Assembly (NCBI RefSeq): GCF_000143415.4
Contig: NW_003314350.1
Location: 717,060 to 781,059, forward strand
Origin: Selaginella moellendorffii
Lineage: Eukaryota > Plantae > Lycopodiophyta
DNA: 64,000 bases
Direction of reading: 5' to 3'
Shown here: in pieces, positions 1-11,863 of the stretch
Layout: each line of letters begins with the position of its first letter
How positions within the stretch are numbered: the first letter of the stretch is position 1
Notes under the pieces: model-generated
The model's database searches: none
Seen by the model: only the letters and a program-made list of their open reading frames with translations
What the model was told of the DNA's origin: nothing
Made by a program: the position numbers and the translations under genes

Positions 1-3000
1 AACGAAGGTGGACAATCTGGCGTTGGAGAAGTGGGGCGGCGAGTTTTCCTTCGATGATCTAGTATAGAAAAGCTTTGCAATTCATTACGTTTAGAGCTTC
101 ATCTTACTTTCAAAGCCATTCTCTAGAGATTTAGTACCTCTCCCACCGCTTTCCACCAGATTTTTTATTGAAAAAATGAGCTCCCTATCTTCTAGCAGAG
201 TTTCCACATGAGTGAGAGTCCCTGGATTTTTTAGAGTGAGTCAGAAATCTCGGCAAAACAAAACAAGCATTGACTTACTGAATCTCCAGTAATGCTTTGG
301 ATTCGTTGGATCGTTGATAGTTTCCTCGTTGGCCGGTCGGCCTGTATACTCCTCCTTGAGAGCAAGAAGGTCCTGCAGCACAAATCAACTTAGCAAACTT
401 TTAGAAACTTTGCAAACGTACCTGGAGAGGGAAAATGGCCCACATTGACGGCGATTTCATGTGTTGTTCGATTATAACTCGCGCAACATCTGGTAAGCAC
501 TGAGCAGGAGGGGACTCACTCATTCCCAGATAGTCTTTGTAGAATCGGATTCGTCTGCCTTCGTCATCCTCCCACCAAGCACGCATAGTCGAGCAGTCAT
601 GACACGAAGGTGCACACACCTTGTAAACACCGGCAAATGTCAGGGATCATGTTGTTGGATGCTGTGATTAGTTACCGTCATGTATTCGTATTCCAGTGGA
701 TTGCCAAACTCCTGGCCTGGAGTGCTGGGCATCCGTTGGATCCTCAGTCCAAGCAGGCCAAGCTCGTTAAGAACCTGGAAAGGTTTTGTTTTTTAGTCTT
801 ACAATCATTGGAAAACAAGTTTGCTTACCGGAGCAACGCATGCTGGGACCATTCCAAGGTCCTCTCCACAAGTTAGCATTTCAGAAGAGCTCATTAAAAC
901 TGGAAGCGTTTTTAAAGCGTTTTCGCGCCAGAGGCCTTCTTGCCTGTGATAGAAGTAGTCATAGTACAATCTCTGCAAGACGTTCTTGCTGCATAGAGCA
1001 AAACCACCGAGTCATTTCGAAGAAGGGAAGAAAAACACTACACTAAGTACCTGTGCTCGTCAAGCTCCTTGAAATTTGATGTGTTCTCCATTCCAAATCT
1101 CGGATAGAACTTTCTACTGTCCTCTGGGTCCCTCATCAAGACAACGTCCTAGATATGCAAAAAGAGGCTCTAGAGAAAACCGGTTAATTTCCATGATGCT
1201 GCTTACACGTAGAAGGTCGAACAATGCACCCTTGATTTGTTCCTGCTTTTTCGAATCTTCAAGTTGACTAACAGCTCCAAGAATTTTCCTTTCTGTATCG
1301 TGCTCTTTCTTGAACTGCAAACACGCCGGTTAGAATTGAAGAGAAATGCGGTGAAAGGAGAAACGACACCTTGTAGCACAAATGTTCGTACTCATCAAAA
1401 TACTTGGACGCAATCTCAGACCACGCGTCTCCAAATTTTGCCTGGTAATGGGAGTTAGAGCGAGTGAAACAATTTGATCAAGCTCACTTGCAAAGTATGA
1501 CATCGAACGTATGGTTCGCTAAGACGATTGAAATCCCAAATTCCTTGTGCTTCCAGCTCTTCCTGCAAAAATCAAGTTGTACATAAGCATTTCACTAAGT
1601 TGCCAAACTCTGTGTACCTGCGTCAATGGAAGCGACGGTCGAAACTTGCCCATAAGACCTGTAACAGCGTGCGCAGGCAGCTCCCAGATGCGAAAAAATC
1701 CTAGAATGTGATCAATCCTGTAAGCCGTGAAGTACTTGGACATCTGCAAGAAAAATGAGTTGTGTGGAGAATCTCAAATGTGTCCGTTCAAACCTGAGTT
1801 AAACGAGCTCTCCACCATGCAAAGTTATCTTTGGACATTTCTTCCCAGTTGTAAGTAGGAAATCCCCAGTTTTGCCCGTTCTTATCGAAATAGTCTGGAG
1901 GAGCACCCGTCGATGTATTCATTCGAAACAATGTGGGAAACACCCATGTATCCACACTGTTTCTATCGACACCAATGGGAAGATCTCCTTTCAAAACAAC
2001 GCCATTGTTTCGAGCGTACTCAGACGCTTCAGTGAGCTGGGAAAAAAAAAAAAAACATTAATTGGTAAAAAGCAAAAAGTGGCATATTTAATTAACAACC
2101 TGAGAATGAAGATGATACTGAAGAAAGTATGTGAAAGAGATCAAGTTGTAATGGTCAGAAGAAGGAGACACAAGCTTTTCTAGCTGTAGCAAAAGGCACA
2201 ATTTTAATGATGTTTGTTTACCTTATAAGAGTAGTTTACCTTTTCAGGCGAAAATGTTGAAAAGCGGCCCCATTGAGAATGATCAGCGGTGTCGAAAAGG
2301 TCACGCAAAAAGCAAAAAGCAGCAAATGGTTCTAACCAGTGCTGCAAAATCAGAAGCTTTAGACAAAGGATTTCCACAGTTGCTTTCCACTTCACCTTAT
2401 TTTCGTCAAAGTAAGTCTTAAACTTTGAGGAATTAAATGCGGCTTCTTTTTCTATGTGAAAAATCTTTTTAGCTATAGACAGCTTTGTCTTCATGGTTCC
2501 TTCATAGTCAACATCCTGCATTTGGAGACAGTCAATAACTGAGTAAACTAAAGTCAGGCTAACCTTTAGATCGAGCTTCTTTCTTGCTTGGGAAATCTCG
2601 TCCTGTAATGCGTCATCAGTTTGTTATCACCCTCAAATAAATCAACCTGGAGTTCTTGAGGCAATCTTTCAGTCATGGCTTCCAAGCTCAAATAAAGCGG
2701 GTGTAGAGCGAATACTGAAAGTGAGCTGTGCAACGAAGGATCACTCAAATCTCAGGTGTGACATATTTACCTGTATGGATACGAGTCCCACCACATCCCG
2801 TGCACGGAAGTATCATTAACTGGTAGCAACTGTAGAAGCCTCAATCCAGACTTCACTGCTAAATCCACAAGCAGTTTCAGGTCCAAAAACTCGCCCGCTC
2901 CAACGTCCGCATGCGTCCTTATTGAAAACACAGGGATGGCAAGGCCAGCACCTCTCCACAGATCACCCTGGAAAAAGTATGTGACTTCATTCTCAAAGAT

Positions 3001-4131
3001 TACCAAGCCAACCTTGAAATGTCCATCCGATACTATAATCAGGGAAGATGGTTTTCTCCATGTAGAATCAAGTGACAACTTGCGGCCATCGCCAAGCTCG
3101 CACGTCACTTCTCCACGGAGATCTTTCAGAAAGTAGATGTACGTGCTTATGTCAAGGTCAACAATAGAAAATCAAGGAAAAAGAATGATGAAAAATGTAG
3201 GATATTTCACGGGAAAGTCTTGTTTATCGATTGCACAGCAGCCATGCCAGCTTGAATCGCCCGTTCTCGTAAGCTTAAGTGCTGATTCATAGTCCCAGCT
3301 TCCAAGAGAACTCGAACTTCCAGTAACGTAAACCTGCATTAACGTTGCAGTTGTAAGAAAACCAAAAGACGTATAGAGTGGTGAATTTTCTTACAACTTG
3401 CCCATTCTCTAAGATGGAACAACTGAGCTCAAAGCAGACACCAATTTTTCCTGCCCAAACAACAGCCATTCTTTGAGAAACAAACAAATAAGCGAGAAAA
3501 TAAAGATGGAAACTATGATCCAAAAGCTTTACAAAACGTACCACGATCTTTGAGGAGCTCGGCGCCATAGCTGCCGGTAAAGGGAGTACCAGTCTCCTCA
3601 CAAGTGCTACTAGACTTGGAGTTTCTAAAAATCGCGTCACGGAAAGCACTGCGTGACAGCAAACTCTCTGGAGAACAGCCTTCCTGTAGATAAAAATTCG
3701 CTACAACAAAGAAATTTGATCAAGAAAAGTACCTGCCAGAGATCATATAGATCAACAATGCTGCCACTGGGAATTCCATCCGGAAGAACAAAGCTCCGGG
3801 GATTTCCAGCCTCCCTCCTGACCGCATTGCGCTTATCATCCACAACGCAATACGAGTAGCTCGCCTGGAATCCCTCGCGCACGGGCAGCTGCGCGGTCCA
3901 GACCAGCTCGCCGAGCTCCTCGTCGTGGTGTGGAACCATCGCCAGTCCATGGTGGAGATTCCAGCTGCCGAGAGAGGAATGCGAACCTGTGACGATGAGA
4001 TTCTGGCCCCATTGCGTGAAATATGGAATCCGGAAGCGCAGATTGACGCGCCGCGGCTCCGCTGCCCTGGCGCCGATCATCGCCCTCTCTCGATCGATCG
4101 CGCGCGAGGAATCCATCCCTGGCGCATCCAT
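1..4131 (-). CDS. DPE2: 4-alpha-glucanotransferase DPE2 (CBM20 x2 + GH77), multi-exon; 3' end runs off the window start
   Basis: Exon peptides RFRIPYFTQWGQNLIVTGS (CBM20), GAGLAIPVFSIRT, LQLLPVNDT..WWDSYPY, KGDLPIGVDRNSVDTW, GAPPDYFDKNGQNWGFPTYNW, YRIDHILGFFRIWE, APSCHDCSTMRAWW. The start could be ATG 4131, 4116 or 4080. Confidence 0.95.
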
Positions 4132-4277
4132 CGCGTCGCGCGGTGAATGGAGGACATTTCCCCATGAAAAGAACAAAGGAGCCTGGGATCGAACACGAGA
4201 CTCATGACACTAATGACACGTAGCACACTGGCATATACACGTTAGCATAGTGGTATATCCTTCGAATATTAGGGTTC

Positions 4278-6851
4278 ATGCGTGGAGGATTGCGCGCTTC
4301 TATCAGGTTTTCTTCTCCCAGAGCTATCGCCAGGGGCTGTGCAAGCCTTGGAGCTCTCGATCGACCCCAGGGGCTTGAAAATCCACCCATGGCGCGCAAA
4401 TGCGGGGCGGATTCCGGCCGTGCCAGGCAAATCTACGCGCAGGTGATCCAGAACAGGGCTGAGATTGACGATTTCATTGCCGAGGAGCTCGTCCAGATGT
4501 TCATACGTTGTGGATCTCTCTCAGACGCCGTGAAATCGCTGGATGAGCTGCGAATCCAGAGCGTGGTCGCGTGGACTGCGACGATCTCGGCATTTGCCCG
4601 GCTGGGGCATCGCGGCGAGGCATTTTTTCTCTTCCACAGGATGCTGCTGGAGGGTGTTTTGCCAAACAAGGTGAGTTTCATATCCATTGCCAGCGCCTGT
4701 TCTAGTGAAGACGAGGCTGATTTCCTCTGTGACAGGATAGTCGAGCGAGATCTTCAAAGGGATCGTCTTGTCGGCACAGCTCTGGTAAATCTCTATGGCA
4801 AGTTCCAGAGGCTGGACGAGGCGTGGACGATTTTTTGCGCGCTAGAAGGAAGAGATCTTGTGTCGTGGAACTCCATGCTATCGGCGTTTAGCGAGCACCA
4901 GCAGTGGAGAAGGAGCCTTGAGCTTTTCAAAGCGATGCTGCTTCAAGGTTTGTCTCTGGACAGTATAACATTCCTCGCAGCGCTCAAAGCTTGTGCCAAC
5001 TTACGGGATTTGTCACAGGCAAAGCTTGTCCATGGACAAATCTGTGAGAGCGGACTAGAAGGAGCGGACATGGTCGGGAACACGATCGTTGATACGTATG
5101 GAAAGTGTGGCAGTATCGACGATGCTCTAGCGGCTTTCGAGCGAATTCCAGCCAAAGACATCGTTTCCTGGAACGTCATGCTAGCATCTCTCAGCCAGAA
5201 TGGAAGCTCTGCCGAGGCAGTAAAACTTTTCAAGCAAATGCTTCACGAGGGAGAGAGAGCCGAGAAAGTTACAGTCGCGACGCTGCTCCACTCTTTCGCG
5301 AGCCGGGAGTTTTTGCAAGAAGGTGAGCTTCTTCATGATCATATTGTCGAGCTCGGCCTGGATATTGACATTGTCATGGCAACCGCGCTGTTGATCATGT
5401 ATGCCAGGTGCGGAAGCATGGATCGAGCGAGTAAAATGTTCGACACCATCCAGAACAGGGACGTGGTTCTCTGGAACACTTTCATTTCATCGCTCGCTCA
5501 AGCTGACCGCGTGAAGGATTCCTTCCAGGTGTTCCGAAGAATGCAGCTGGAAGGTGTTCGTCCAAACAAAGTCACATTCGCGAGCGTCATCGACGTGTGC
5601 ACAAGCTTAAGTTCGCTGGCGGATGGAATGCTCGTTGCCGCGCTGGTTTTGGAGAGCGGACTTGGCTCCGACACCGTTCTCGGCAACGCGATCATCGACC
5701 TGTATGGGAAGTGTGGAAGCCTCGAAAACGCGTGGGAGGCATTCGACAGGATGGAGAACAAGGACGTGGTTTCCTGGACGACGATTCTCGGTGCTTACTC
5801 CCAGCACGGGCTTTTCAGCGAGGTGGTCGGGCTTTTCAACAAGATGCTGCTGGAAGGCATAACTCCGAGCACGGTTACGTTCGTCACGGTTCTTTACGCC
5901 TGTGCGGAATGCAAGGCTCTAGAGGTCGGGAAGAAGATCCATGCTCGTGTCATGGAGGCCGGACTGGAATTCGACGAGCTTCTCTCCAGTGCCATTCGGT
6001 CGCTGTACGCGGAGTGTGGCTACCTGGAGGAAGTTTGCAGAGTTTTCCACGGTAGGAAGCAGGAGCAAGAGGTAGCGGCTTGGAACGGGATGGTGGTAGC
6101 CTTGAGTAGACGGGAACTCTTCGACGAGGCAGTGGGACTCTATCGACAGATGCAGCTGGAAGGAGTTCCCGGGGATAAATTCACACTGGTGTCAGTGCTG
6201 GAAGCTTGCTCGGAGCTCCCGCTCGTCAAGTCGATCGAGGCCAGAGCTCTAAGTTTGAGGTTGGAGCAGGACGACACGATCAACACGGCACTTCTCAAAG
6301 CGTACAGCCGGTGTGGAAGCATGCGAGACGCGAGGAGAGCTTTCGAGAGAACTCCAAAGAAGGACGTGGTTGCATGGTCGGCTATGGTGGGAGCTCACGC
6401 TCACCATGGTTGTGGAGAAGCGGCACTGGAGCTCTTCCAGCTCATGCAACTCGACGGCGTCATGCCCAACGACGTCTCCTTCGTGAGCGTCTTCTCGGCG
6501 TGCAGCCACTGCGGGAGTGTGGAGAGAGCTTACGAGTACTTTGTGGGACTGGAGCAAGACTATGGAGTGAAGGTCACGGTCGAGCACTGGAAGTGTATGA
6601 TGGATCTGCTGGGACGGGCTGGGCGGCTCGGCGAGGCCGAGAAGTTCTTGAGCAAGATGGAGTTTGAGCCGGACGTGGTGTTGTGGACGACGCTCTTGGC
6701 CGCGTGCAGTGTCCACGGGGACTTTGAGCTGGGGAAGCATGCGGCAAAGCGGATTCTAGAGCTCGACGAGGAAGACGACGCGGCTCACGTAGTTCTTACG
6801 AGCCTCCAGCATTCTTCGCAGAGTGATATCTTGGAGAGTGGCCGGGGATAG
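4278..6851 (+). CDS. PLS-class pentatricopeptide repeat protein, intronless, ending in a truncated E-type region with no DYW
   Basis: 857-aa ORF with repeated VSWN/LYGKCGS/GV.PN.VTF motifs and C-terminal HWKCMMDLLGRAG..WTTLLAAC..HG. Confidence 0.92.
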   Translation: MRGGLRASIRFSSPRAIARGCASLGALDRPQGLENPPMARKCGADSGRARQIYAQVIQNRAEIDDFIAEELVQMFIRCGSLSDAVKSLDELRIQSVVAWTATISAFARLGHRGEAFFLFHRMLLEGVLPNKVSFISIASACSSEDEADFLCDRIVERDLQRDRLVGTALVNLYGKFQRLDEAWTIFCALEGRDLVSWNSMLSAFSEHQQWRRSLELFKAMLLQGLSLDSITFLAALKACANLRDLSQAKLVHGQICESGLEGADMVGNTIVDTYGKCGSIDDALAAFERIPAKDIVSWNVMLASLSQNGSSAEAVKLFKQMLHEGERAEKVTVATLLHSFASREFLQEGELLHDHIVELGLDIDIVMATALLIMYARCGSMDRASKMFDTIQNRDVVLWNTFISSLAQADRVKDSFQVFRRMQLEGVRPNKVTFASVIDVCTSLSSLADGMLVAALVLESGLGSDTVLGNAIIDLYGKCGSLENAWEAFDRMENKDVVSWTTILGAYSQHGLFSEVVGLFNKMLLEGITPSTVTFVTVLYACAECKALEVGKKIHARVMEAGLEFDELLSSAIRSLYAECGYLEEVCRVFHGRKQEQEVAAWNGMVVALSRRELFDEAVGLYRQMQLEGVPGDKFTLVSVLEACSELPLVKSIEARALSLRLEQDDTINTALLKAYSRCGSMRDARRAFERTPKKDVVAWSAMVGAHAHHGCGEAALELFQLMQLDGVMPNDVSFVSVFSACSHCGSVERAYEYFVGLEQDYGVKVTVEHWKCMMDLLGRAGRLGEAEKFLSKMEFEPDVVLWTTLLAACSVHGDFELGKHAAKRILELDEEDDAAHVVLTSLQHSSQSDILESGRG

Positions 6852-7100
6852 AACACTTTGGAGCAGAGGTCGTGACACGAAACTTTGCAGCACAGCCTAC
6901 CAATCCAGGTTGCTTTGCAGCCAGTGCCAACGAAGAAGAGGTTTGGGAACACGATCATTCATAAAAGAGAGAGTGCTGCTCGGGACCTTTGGGCTCTTCT
7001 TCACGATCATATTGTCGACGTACTTCTTTCACGAGGATTGTTGGATCTTACGAGAATCTCTAGATTATATTGGGATGTTTCTCAAAACTTATCACGTCTT

Positions 7101-7172
7101 GTGGCTGTAGTTTAGTGGTGAGAATTCCACGTTGTGGCCGTGGAGACCTGGGCTCGAATCCCAGCAGCCACA
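7101..7172 (+). tRNA. trnH-GUG: tRNA-His (GTG)
   Basis: GTGGCTGTAGTTTAGTGG...TTGTGGC...GGGCTCGAATCCCAGCAGCCACA; acceptor stem GTGGCTG/CAGCCAC; oligo-T pol III terminator downstream. Confidence 0.96.
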
Positions 7173-7251
7173 CATATTAAACCCTTTTCAGTAACATTTT
7201 GTTTTTTGGTTTAGTTTTTTCAAAACTTTTCCTTTAGGGCTCTTGCGAAGA

Positions 7252-8251
7252 ATGCTGCTCGGGAGTGCGGCAAATGGAAATGGAATCGTCGTCTTCAAAC
7301 AATTCAGGTCTCGTCAGCTGCTGAGCGGCAGGATTTCCAGCTGCAAAATTCCTAGCTCGCATTTCTCGCTGTCTAGGAGTCACTTAATTCGATGCGAGGC
7401 CGCCTCCAACGCAGGTGCTCCACCTTCATATCTTTGATCATCAAAATCTCTCTTGTTCTTATTTTCCGATTTTGCTCCATAGCAGTGTCGAGCGTTCCTG
7501 GTATCGAGTGGGTCCAAAGAACTTTCGATCTCCCACCATATAAAAGGTATGTAAAAAGAAAAATGCGAGGATTCTGATCTTTGCAATCCAGAGGATGTCA
7601 CATAATCACCCAGCAAATCTACAAGGCCGTGCCGGAGATTAGAAACTTTCGAGTCGGCATTGCTCACATCTTTGGTAAGAACTCCAAGAGAATTGAATCG
7701 ACGATGTTTTCTTGCAACTTTTTTGCTCTTGATCGATCTTGTGCGTGATTTGCAGTGATGCACACCTCGGCGAGTCTCACCATCAACGAGAACGCGAGCC
7801 CCGACGTACCACTCGACATGGAGGACGCCTTAAACAAGATCGCTCCAGAGGTAAGGAAAAATTCTCTCCAGAGTTTCCAATCGTTTTTGCTCTCCTTGAA
7901 ATCGTTCTTGAAGGGTCACCACTACCGTCATCTCGATGAAGGACTGGATGATATGCCGGGTGAGTAAACTTGGATGGTCATCTCCCTTGCAAACTTCGCG
8001 CTACGTTTTTTTCTTCTTCCTGTGAAGCTCATGTCAAATCTTCGATCATGGGTTGTTCGTTGAGTGTGCCGATCACCGCTGGGAGATTAAATCTTGGAAT
8101 CTGGCAGGTTGAAAGAGCTAGAGATAGTTTTTTGTCCTCTCCTTGAGTATATCGTGTTGGCTTTTTGTTTTCGCAGGGAGTCTGGCTCAACGAGCATAGA
8201 GACTATGGAGGCAGTCGAAGGCTCTGCATCACAATCCATGGACAATGCTGA
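7252..8251 (+). CDS. YjbQ/UPF0047 family protein with probable plastid transit peptide, multi-exon
   Basis: Spliced peptide WVQRTFDLPPYKRGCHIIT..MHTSASLTINENASPDV..HLDEGLDDMPAHVKSSIMG..LNLGIWQGVWLNEHRDYGGSRR. Confidence 0.9.
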
Positions 8252-8424
8252 GTATAAATACTACGAAGTGAAAAGCTCATACGCAAAAGAAAACCATACC
8301 TGGAAGTTGTATACAAACAACCCGAGTCCGAAGGAAGATTTGGTTCTGCCACCATCTTTCTCTGTGAGATCAAACTCGAAAGTTCTCCGTAAATTCTGAT
8401 CAAACAACAAGATCACAGACTTTC

Positions 8425-9107
8425 CTAGTGTTTCTTATGTGGTTTCTGAATGCCACGCTTGTACCGGGTAATGGACAGCCAGTTCTGGATCTGTAACAAG
8501 AAAGTTCCACACAGGCTTTGCTAGAACGATGCCACTAAAGAAATTTGGAAGTACCTGCTTGACCGTGAGGCCCGTCTGGGCTATGAGCTCCTCTCTCTCG
8601 AGAAGAGATGGATATGGATGATCGGAGTGTTGAGTGATCCAGGACTCGAGAATTTGGACTGATTGACGCGGCAGAGAGTACATGTTCTTGGGCCTCGAAA
8701 GTGGAAGAAGCTTAAACCTGCATGGATCGTCGATTTCTCAAAGAAAAGAATCCAGATTACGCAAAGAAGGTGTTCGCTTACTTGATGAGCTTCCTCGGCT
8801 TCGATCGCCTCGATCTCGCCTTTCGGACGGCCGTGTGCTGCCCCGCCATCGCCAGATAGAAGACTGGATGCTTCTCTTCCGGCTCGAATTCGCAGCTGAT
8901 AGCCGAGCTGTCGGAACAGGCTGCTGGATCGCAATCGGCCTGGCGCTGCTGCTCCTTGCGCCAAAGTATATCGTCGGCTGGCGTCCAGTCGCAATCCGGA
9001 TCAAGAATATCGCCGGCGCCTTCGTCCAGCTCTGGGAGATCGCAAATGTCGCTCAAGACCTGGCTTCCAAACTCCGGAAGCGATTCTTTCCCCGCATTCG
9101 CCTCCAT
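8425..9107 (-). CDS. Divergent TALE homeodomain protein 1 (3 exons)
   Basis: LPRQSVQILESWITQHSDHPYPS..QTGLTVKQ|IQNWLSITRYKR; PYP loop and intron after KQ; GT-AG joins keep the frame. Confidence 0.75.
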
Positions 9108-9339
9108 CGCCCCTGCCAGAGAGCAAATCGAAGTGAGATTGGAGTGAAATATCACATCTGGAGCAGTAGAATCGCAAGATCGATAGAGAAGAGAGCGGCA
9201 TAGTACCCGAGGCGAGAGAGCTCGCGAGGAGAGAACTGGAAGAACCCTACGTAAAGCCTTTGGCCAGAGAAAATTTGAAATGGACGGCGTAGATTCGCTT
9301 ATTTGCGACGAACGGCTGGGGTGGCCTAGATCCGACGGC

Positions 9340-10874
9340 TCAGCTGTGAGCCATTGAGCGGGAAAGCACCTTTGAGTACTTCTGGATGTGGTGCTTGGCT
9401 CTTGCGTTGGACATCCAGCTCTCGATCTAGCAAAAACCACGAAAAAAATCACACCGACCGATCGATCGCGCGAAGAACTTTGTCTGGAGAGAAGAAGTAA
9501 AAGGAAAGATCACGACGTACCTGTTTGGTCTGCAATCCGGTTTGGATCACCAGATCGGTTTTCTCCTCCGCGCTCGGGTATGGATTCTCCCTGTTCGCGT
9601 CGAGCCACATCGCGAGGATCTCCTTGGCTCTGGCAGGAAGCTTTGCGACTGGCCTCTTCCTCTCGTATCCAGTCCGGCGGCGGCGGCGCTTGGGAGAAGC
9701 AATGGGTGGCGAGAGTGGTGGTGACATCTCGGACTCTCGATCGAATTCGTCCCTGGCACGCTTGGAGCTCGCGAATTTTGTGCTGCTTCTCTTCTTCTTG
9801 GGTTCGTGCTCCTGCTGCTGCTCGACTGGTTTGTAGGCCGAGTGGAACTCGGTGGCGGTGTCGCAGCACGATGAACTGTTGTTCACGGAGAGGCTGCAAG
9901 AGTCCACCACTGATTCCGCGAGTAGAGGCGTCGACTGATCCAGCATCGTGTAGTTGTCCTTCGAGAGTAAGCTGAGCTCCACGAACCGATCCAGTCTTGG
10001 GCTTTGAAGTTTCTTCTCGGTTCCATGATATCCAGGCACTGCTGACGATCGAGTGTCGGTCCATGTCCTCTCGCAGTCTAATTCTTCTGCTAGATCTTGT
10101 TCCCGATAGTTTCCTTCTTCCTCATGGATCTCGGTGATCTCCACGCCGGGATGAGCTTGCATGTCGGCATCCTCGTAGAGGATCCCATCCTTCGTCAAGT
10201 TGAGTGCGTAAGACATTGTCGACGACTCCTCTCGCATGACTCCACTCACCAGCGTTGGTTGATCGTATACTGGAAATAGCTGGAAGTCACCGCTACCGTG
10301 ATCGCCACCATGACCTTCCGCCATAGAATCGTTTGGAAAGAGTGGAATCTCGCTGCTCAGAGAAATCTGTGCTTGCTGTGTCTCCAGCGCCTCCGGAATC
10401 CCATCCAGAGCCAGTAGCGGGATCTGCATTTGCCGGAGAACCGCGTGGATCGCTGAGTGATCACACCCCATTCCATCCTGGAACAATCCCCCGTGATCCT
10501 TGATGTTGAGCACGACCTGGATTGTGCTCTGCTCCTCGGTCCTCGCCGTCCAGCCCTGCGCCGCCTGATCGGCCGAAGCGAAGCACGCGGCGGTCGTCTC
10601 CATGAAGATTCCAGTCTCGCCGGCCTCGTTCCAGTAGGACGACTCGCCCTGTTCTTGCTGCGGCGCCGGCGCGGGATCGCGATTCACGAGATCTTGAGCG
10701 TCTTCCTCCGATGTCCAGGAAGCGAACTCGAAATAATCGTCCGCCATGGATACCGCTGCGCAGCACCGGATCGATCACGTAACGATTCAAGCGCAGAGAG
10801 CAAGAATCCGTACCTTGCGCAGCATCGACCGATTCCAGCTCCAGGATCGGCAGCGCTGCGTCGTCCGCCTCCAT
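9340..10874 (-). CDS. Divergent TALE homeodomain protein 2 (3 exons, long acidic N-terminus)
   Basis: KLPARAKEILAMWLDANRENPYPSAEEK..QTGLQTKQ|IESWMSNARAK; an upstream exon MEADDAAL..AAQ splices in frame to the 432-aa ORF. Confidence 0.82.
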
Positions 10875-11503
10875 CGCCACCAAGAAATGCCCGAAATATC
10901 AGGGTTTTCCCGCGCGAGCGTTCTAGGGCGCCCATAAACCCTAAAAACAGGGCCAGTTTTTAACCATGCAATAATTCCAAAACGTTGGAACGGGTAAAAA
11001 GATAAAAAATTGCGACGATCTCATCCTCTATGTTGCGGTTGTTTTGTCCGCGAAGCTCTCCACGAAGTTGCAAGAAACGTGGTGGCCCAAGCTAGCTAGG
11101 GGCGAAAGTAAAAACTCCAATTTACCTCCCTCATTTAAACTTTTTCACCCTGTAGCAATTTTCCTTGCTTCTTTGTCCTCCATCGCGAAGGTACCAGGAA
11201 GAATTGTCCACCCTATAGCTTTGTCCAAAAGTGTGTGCGCCCGGCCCATTCCAAGCAGCACGCAACATGGCCCATTCCGGGCGAAGAGTCGACCACGCAA
11301 CCTACCAAAGGAGAGAGACGACCGTACCTATCAATTAATCAAGACCGTACTTATCTCTTTAGGGCTGTGATGAAGCTGCCAGGAAATTGCCGCGTCAGCT
11401 AGGCGATAAGACACTGCGATTTCCGGCACCTGCCGCGAAGGCGCCATTGGCCTTCTTTCCGGCAAGTTGCCGGTAGGTGCCACATTCCGGGGCATATGCC
11501 TGC

Positions 11504-11509
11504 CACGTG
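11504..11509. promoter_or_regulatory. G-box (CACGTG) about 350 bp upstream of the JAZ gene
   Basis: gcCACGTGgt; JAZ genes are classical MYC/G-box targets, but function here is only inferred. Confidence 0.35.
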
Positions 11510-11863
11510 GTGGGCCCCGAACGATTTCCATGTGCGCAATGTGTGTTTCGGTTGAACGAGACCTCCCGCGCTAATGTAAAAGATATAGCGCTGGAAAGAA
11601 GGGCGTTAAAGAAAGGGCCAGGTGGAAGCCCCCAGGAAACTTCTTCCCGTGTGCTACACTGGCGCTGTTATAAACATTAGAGAGGCCCGGCCAAGGAAGC
11701 AATACACGAAGCCGGCCTAGGGTTTTATATTTTGGGGGTTCTTTCTCCGCCTTCCTCGATCGATAGCTAGAACAGGAGCGTTATGGCGGTGATTCTCGCG
11801 AGAATGGAGCTTTGATTCGTTAGAAGAGCGAGAAATCGAGTGGATCGTGCGGGAAATTTCAGG

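Noticed and set aside
4433-6740. Many alternate-frame and antisense ORFs over the PPR, CYP94, GME and pol regions
   Set aside because: Shadows of GC-rich coding sequence with no independent motifs
6880-7090. ORFs between the PPR gene and the tRNA
   Set aside because: Contain a short degenerate match to the PPR gene (cttcttca.gatcatattgtcga); likely a decayed fragment, and not a DYW domain
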